DNA of 63,775 bases, the filler included, from Olpidium bornovanus S191 (lineage: Eukaryota > Fungi > Olpidiomycota), in NCBI GenBank assembly GCA_017911155.1. It is 31 parts of 31 records of this genome, joined end to end, with 100 filler letters (N's around TTAATTAATTAA, not from the genome) between each part and the next. Parts side by side here need not be neighbours in the genome. Positions count along the whole stretch, not along the records: positions 59,763 to 61,346 come from JAEFCI010008320.1; positions 61,447 to 63,775 come from JAEFCI010002835.1; 29 more parts are not named here. One strand, given 5' to 3'. A program made the translations under genes and the position numbers. This document shows, one piece after another, positions 59,884-63,775 of this stretch (its first letter is position 1; the number at the start of each line of letters is the position of its first letter). The notes beneath the pieces were generated by a model. The model was not told where the DNA came from. It made no database searches and was given only the letters and a program-made list of their open reading frames with translations.

Positions 59884-59978
59884 TTCCCGTCACCGACAAA
59901 CACATCTCTCCACTTCGCAAACCCGTCTTCCCTCACTCTTCCTTTTTCTTCCGCTGGCGGAATATATACCCATCTAAA

Positions 59979-61249
59979 ATGACTGGCGTCAACAGTGTCC
60001 AACAAGACCAGGTGCCCCCTTCGCCCAACGACGCTCCGACCGCGTATCAGCCCGATGAGAAGGCGGGCGGCGGCGCTCCGGTCGCGTATCAGCCCGATGA
60101 GAAGGCGGGCGGCGGCGCTCCGGTCGCGTATCAGCTCGATGAGAAGGCGGGCGGCGACAAGGCGCGTGCCCCAGGCGTCCTTCAGAATGTTACCGCGGCC
60201 AGCCCAGATTCGACCCTCAGCCGCCGCGGCCCCGTCCTGGTGCTGATGGTGGCGTACGCGGTAAGAAGTCGGCACATTTGTTTTTTTTTTCTTCTATCCC
60301 CGTCGTTTCAATTTTTCCGCCGGACCGTTGCTAACTTCCGTTTCGATTTACTCCTGCGTGTCACCGTTCTGTGCGCAGGTCATTTGCGCCTGGGACTTGC
60401 TCATGGACGTCGCGTACTCGAGCGACCCGAACGCGATGGTCATGACACTCATTATCACCGGTATAGTGTTGGACGCGGGGTCGCTCCTGCTGACCTTGTT
60501 TGGTCTTTGGGCGTTCGTCCGGTACGTTTATTTTAGCGTTTTTTTCTTCTTTTTTTTGTTTTTTTTTGGTTTTTCTTTTTCCTTTGTTTTTGCGTTGTAA
60601 CAGATGCTTTCGGACGTTCGTCGGCTGACCCTTGTGCATTTTCCAACGGTAAAAAGGGACCGGGTCGCTTGCATGGCCGGTTACGTTTACGGGCTGATGG
60701 GCTTCCAGCTTTTAGCTACAGTAAACCTCGTGCTGTTCTGCGTCGCCCCTCTTCCGCAGTACCTGTTGGATGCGATCAGCGCGGCGGCTTCCAACCCAGG
60801 CGTGTAAGTGATTCCACGGGAAACCGTCCGTTATTATTCCCCCCCCCCTCCCCCCCTTGCTTTCCGGCTTCTCCTGTGCGCAGTTTGTGCGGCGGGTTCA
60901 AAACGAAGTTTCGCGTGCTCGACCCCTCCAGGAAGCCCGAGGACATCCCGAGCGAAGGAAGCCTGAAGTTGCACCAGGGCCTGTACATGGGTGTTGGGGT
61001 GAGTCGGCCGCCTTCGCCTCGGGAGGTGGGGGGGGGAGGGGTGAGGGCTTGTTCTTTTTCGGTCGCAAAGGGGGCCTGGACGATTTCGGCTGCGCGAAAA
61101 CCTGACGGCGGAGTGCGTGGCCTCCTGTTTTTTCTTTCGCGTCCGGCCTTTTCCAGCTGCTGTTCCGCGGCGTCTATGTTATCTTAGTGCGGAGGTACTA
61201 CCTCGGCGTTAGGAAGAGCGCGCGGCGGGCGCCTTCGGAGAACGCCTGA
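59979..61249 (+). CDS. Four-transmembrane protein with N-terminal 14-aa repeats, multi-exon, apparently complete
   Basis: Spliced model gives four hydrophobic segments (VLVLMVAYA|VICAWDLL; VMTLIITGIVLDAGSLLLTLFGLWAFV; VACMAGYVYGLMGFQLLATVNLVLFCV; LYMGVG|LLFRGVYVILV) followed by RRYY and a stop at 61247-61249. Confidence 0.75.
60042..60155 (+). repeat. 42-bp coding tandem repeat (AYQPDEKAGGGAPV x ~2.7)
   Basis: Units start at 60042, 60084 and 60126. Confidence 0.95.
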
Positions 61250-61861
61250 TCAACCTTAATCACGCATCCGAAATTACACCGGGGTTTGACGCGAGCGGGC
61301 GAGCGGCAGGGCCGTCATCACACCTCGGCGGCGCTTATATTCATGANNNNNNNNNNNNNNNNNNNNNNNNNNNNNNNNNNNNNNNNNNNNTTAATTAATT
61401 AANNNNNNNNNNNNNNNNNNNNNNNNNNNNNNNNNNNNNNNNNNNNCCATGCTCTGTGGCTTTCTCCATCGGGCGCAGTCGATTGCTGTGATCTCAAAGC
61501 AGGCAATTGATTTACGGGGTTCGGAGGATGGATTTTGGAGTCGTCATCGCGGACCGCGATCAAAGACAGCAGGGCGCAGCTATCGACCTGCAAGAGGAAA
61601 CTCAGAACATTTATATAGGAACACTAATAGAACAGGAAATATTATAACGGCTTTTCAACGCCGGTAGTCGCTTGACGATGGCAGACGGGCGCCGCGATGT
61701 TTTTGCTGGCAACTTCAGGCGCTGCCCCGGTGGGTGGTTTCCTCTGGAGTCCCCTTTCGTCAAGATGACGTCGGAGCGGATGCACGTTTTTCCCTGACGC
61801 GACCATATGTTTTCCGGGATTCCGACAAAAAACTTGTAACTATTAGGTACTGCCGCCGTGC

Positions 61862-62008
61862 CTTCAGTACTCCCCGCCAAGACTGGCATCCCGACCACCG
61901 TCCATCCAAGCCCTCCCCATCCGCCGCCAAAATCCTTCAGTCCTCCCCGCCAAGACTGGCAATCCCGATTCCCGTCCACCCGAGACCTCCTCCGCCGCCG
62001 CCAAAATC
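61862..62008. repeat. ~73-bp diverged tandem duplication
   Basis: cttcagt.ctccccgccaagactggca...ccgccgccaaaatc at 61862 and 61935. Confidence 0.9.
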
Positions 62009-62270
62009 CCCGAAATCGGGATCGCTCGCGTAATAATTGAAATTCTCGCTGCCGCCCAAGTTCCTTGTTCCCGGTTCCCTGACATTCAGTCGCTGAGCGG
62101 CGCGGATTCCTCTTTTTTTGGTTTTTTTTTTTTGCCCCACGAACACCCCCACCCCCACCCCCGATCAAATCGAGTCGGATTCCGCGTATGTGCAAAGTTG
62201 GAAACCGGAGGCATTTTTAGAACGTCAACCACGGAACGTCCAACCATGTCACTTCGTGAATCCCCTGCGC

Positions 62271-63714
62271 TCACCCTGTCCGCGATCTCTGCACGTTTGA
62301 TGGTGTCCTAGCTGCGGCGGGAGCGGCAGCAGACGGCACCGGCGCTCGTCGTCCCTGCGACTTCCGCCCTCCACGGTTCCGGTACGACCAGCGCCCTCGC
62401 CCCCTCCCGAATTTCCGGCCTCGTGCCGACGTCTGGGACAGCGGTGGGGCGCCAGAGGCCGGTGTCACCGCTTTCTTGGATCCTCGACGATTCGCAGCAT
62501 GCTGGCGAGCTTCCCGCGGGGCGAACTGGTTAAGGAACATGTTGATTCCCTCATCCGCCCGGACAGCCGGGTCGTTGAGGTCTACAACCCCCTCAAGCAG
62601 TGACGCGTCGAAGACGGCGTCCTCGTCTTCCTCGTCCTCTCCGCTGGCGTCACTTTCGCCGGGAACCCCCGTCCGATGCCGATAGGAACTGTCGCCGTCG
62701 TTGTCTGCGGCCGTTTCGAAATCGTAGACGAACGTTTCGCCAGCCGGCCCTTGCGACATGTCGTCGGTTTCGTCGCTATCGACGACGACGACGGTGGCGT
62801 CGCGCGGCAGCGGTCCCGACAGCGTCCCCGGCAAACTGGCGGCGAAGTCGTCCACCAGATGGACCTCGCCTGGCGTGGACGTGAACGTCGTGATCGGCGA
62901 CGGAGTTGCGAGAATTGCTTGCGCGCTCGGGCATCTCCGGCGCCCGTTGTATTTCCGAGCGGCGGGCAGTTCTTCTCCTTCGGTGGCGCTGTTTTTCTCG
63001 TTTCGCGCTAGCTCCTGCTCGACGTGGGACGGCAGCACAGCAAGGGGCAAACTTTTGCCACATATAGGGCATACTCCGACTTAAAAAAGGGAATTCAGGA
63101 GATCGGACGCCGTCGTGCAATCACAGAGAGTCAGCGGGCGCTGATTCTCTGTTTCCCTCCGTCAATGTCTCCCTCACGCTTGTAAATCCGCTGACTGGTG
63201 ACGACTCACCTCTTCCCCGCCTGCCGGTTGAGAACGCAGCGTCCGAACTGCTCCTGACCTGCGAGCATACTTGTTTCACCGAAGGCTTAGATTTGGTCAG
63301 ATCAATGATGTATTCATCGCCGCTGCTGCTAAATTCTGCAATTTCCTCGGATTTCCCGTCGTCAACATCGAAAACAGTCCTGGCGGCGCTGAGCGACCGC
63401 AGAACGTTCCCTGGCCGGACGCCTGATCCGCGAGCGGCGGACGGCGGCGTCGACGCCTTCGCCGCGCCTTTGCCGTTCGTTCGGGCGGACTTCTTCGCGG
63501 ACTTCTTCACGACCGGCGGTGTGTCGATACGGGTAGTGTCGGTGTCGGGGTGCACGGTAGCGACAGCAATGTCGTTTGCACCAGTTTCCACCTGGCGCGG
63601 AGTATCCAAACAGTCTGCAGCGTGGCGTTCGATTTCGTCGGCTGCAAAGTGAGCCATGCAAATCGGGCACTGCACCATTGCCGAGAGCTTACATCCGTTC
63701 CGCTTCGGTGACAA
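62271..63714 (-). CDS. Protein with an N-terminal UBZ4/Rad18-type zinc finger and a long disordered acidic/RG-rich tail (probably 2 exons)
   Basis: VQCPICMAHFAADEIERHAADCL fits CxxC...HxxxC; acidic DEED patches; GRGRGRW..RNRGGR tail. Confidence 0.7.
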
Positions 63715-63775
63715 TCCAGATTGCTGGGAACCAAACGGTATTGCAGATAGTGAGAGGGGAAAAGAGTCATCACAC

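Overview
Eukaryotic DNA, most likely from a GC-rich, intron-rich zoosporic (flagellated) fungus. This is inferred from fungal-type housekeeping genes occurring with kinesin-2 KAP3 and CFAP45, and is compatible with an Olpidium/chytrid-like organism, but the taxon is not proven. The window is not one locus. It is 31 short contigs (about 1-5.6 kb) joined by 30 identical artificial 100-bp spacers (44 N + TTAATTAATTAA + 44 N), so adjacency across spacers means nothing; two halves of SEC7 lie about 25 kb apart here. Recognisable genes, mostly partial and spliced: SEC7 (2 pieces), PARN, TrhO/TSTD2-like rhodanese, SDT1-like nucleotidase, KAP3, SEC53/PMM, BNA3-like aminotransferase, a haloalkane-dehalogenase-like hydrolase, CDC50, histone H2B, RBG1/DRG1, CFAP45, OPA3, DDB1, a tandem-domain Cys-rich secreted protein, a 4-TM protein and a UBZ-finger protein. 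There are many TE pieces (Ty1/copia, Ty3/gypsy, MULE, hAT). The most unusual structure is at 17750-19493: a higher-order tandem array carrying repeated PPT-like motifs, then a 114-bp LTR, a half-tRNA(iMet) PBS, an array of about 10 near-identical hairpins, and copia gag. This PPT-LTR-PBS junction fits a head-to-tail tandem element or a 1-LTR circle. All gene calls come from recognising motifs by eye, and some exon boundaries are approximate.
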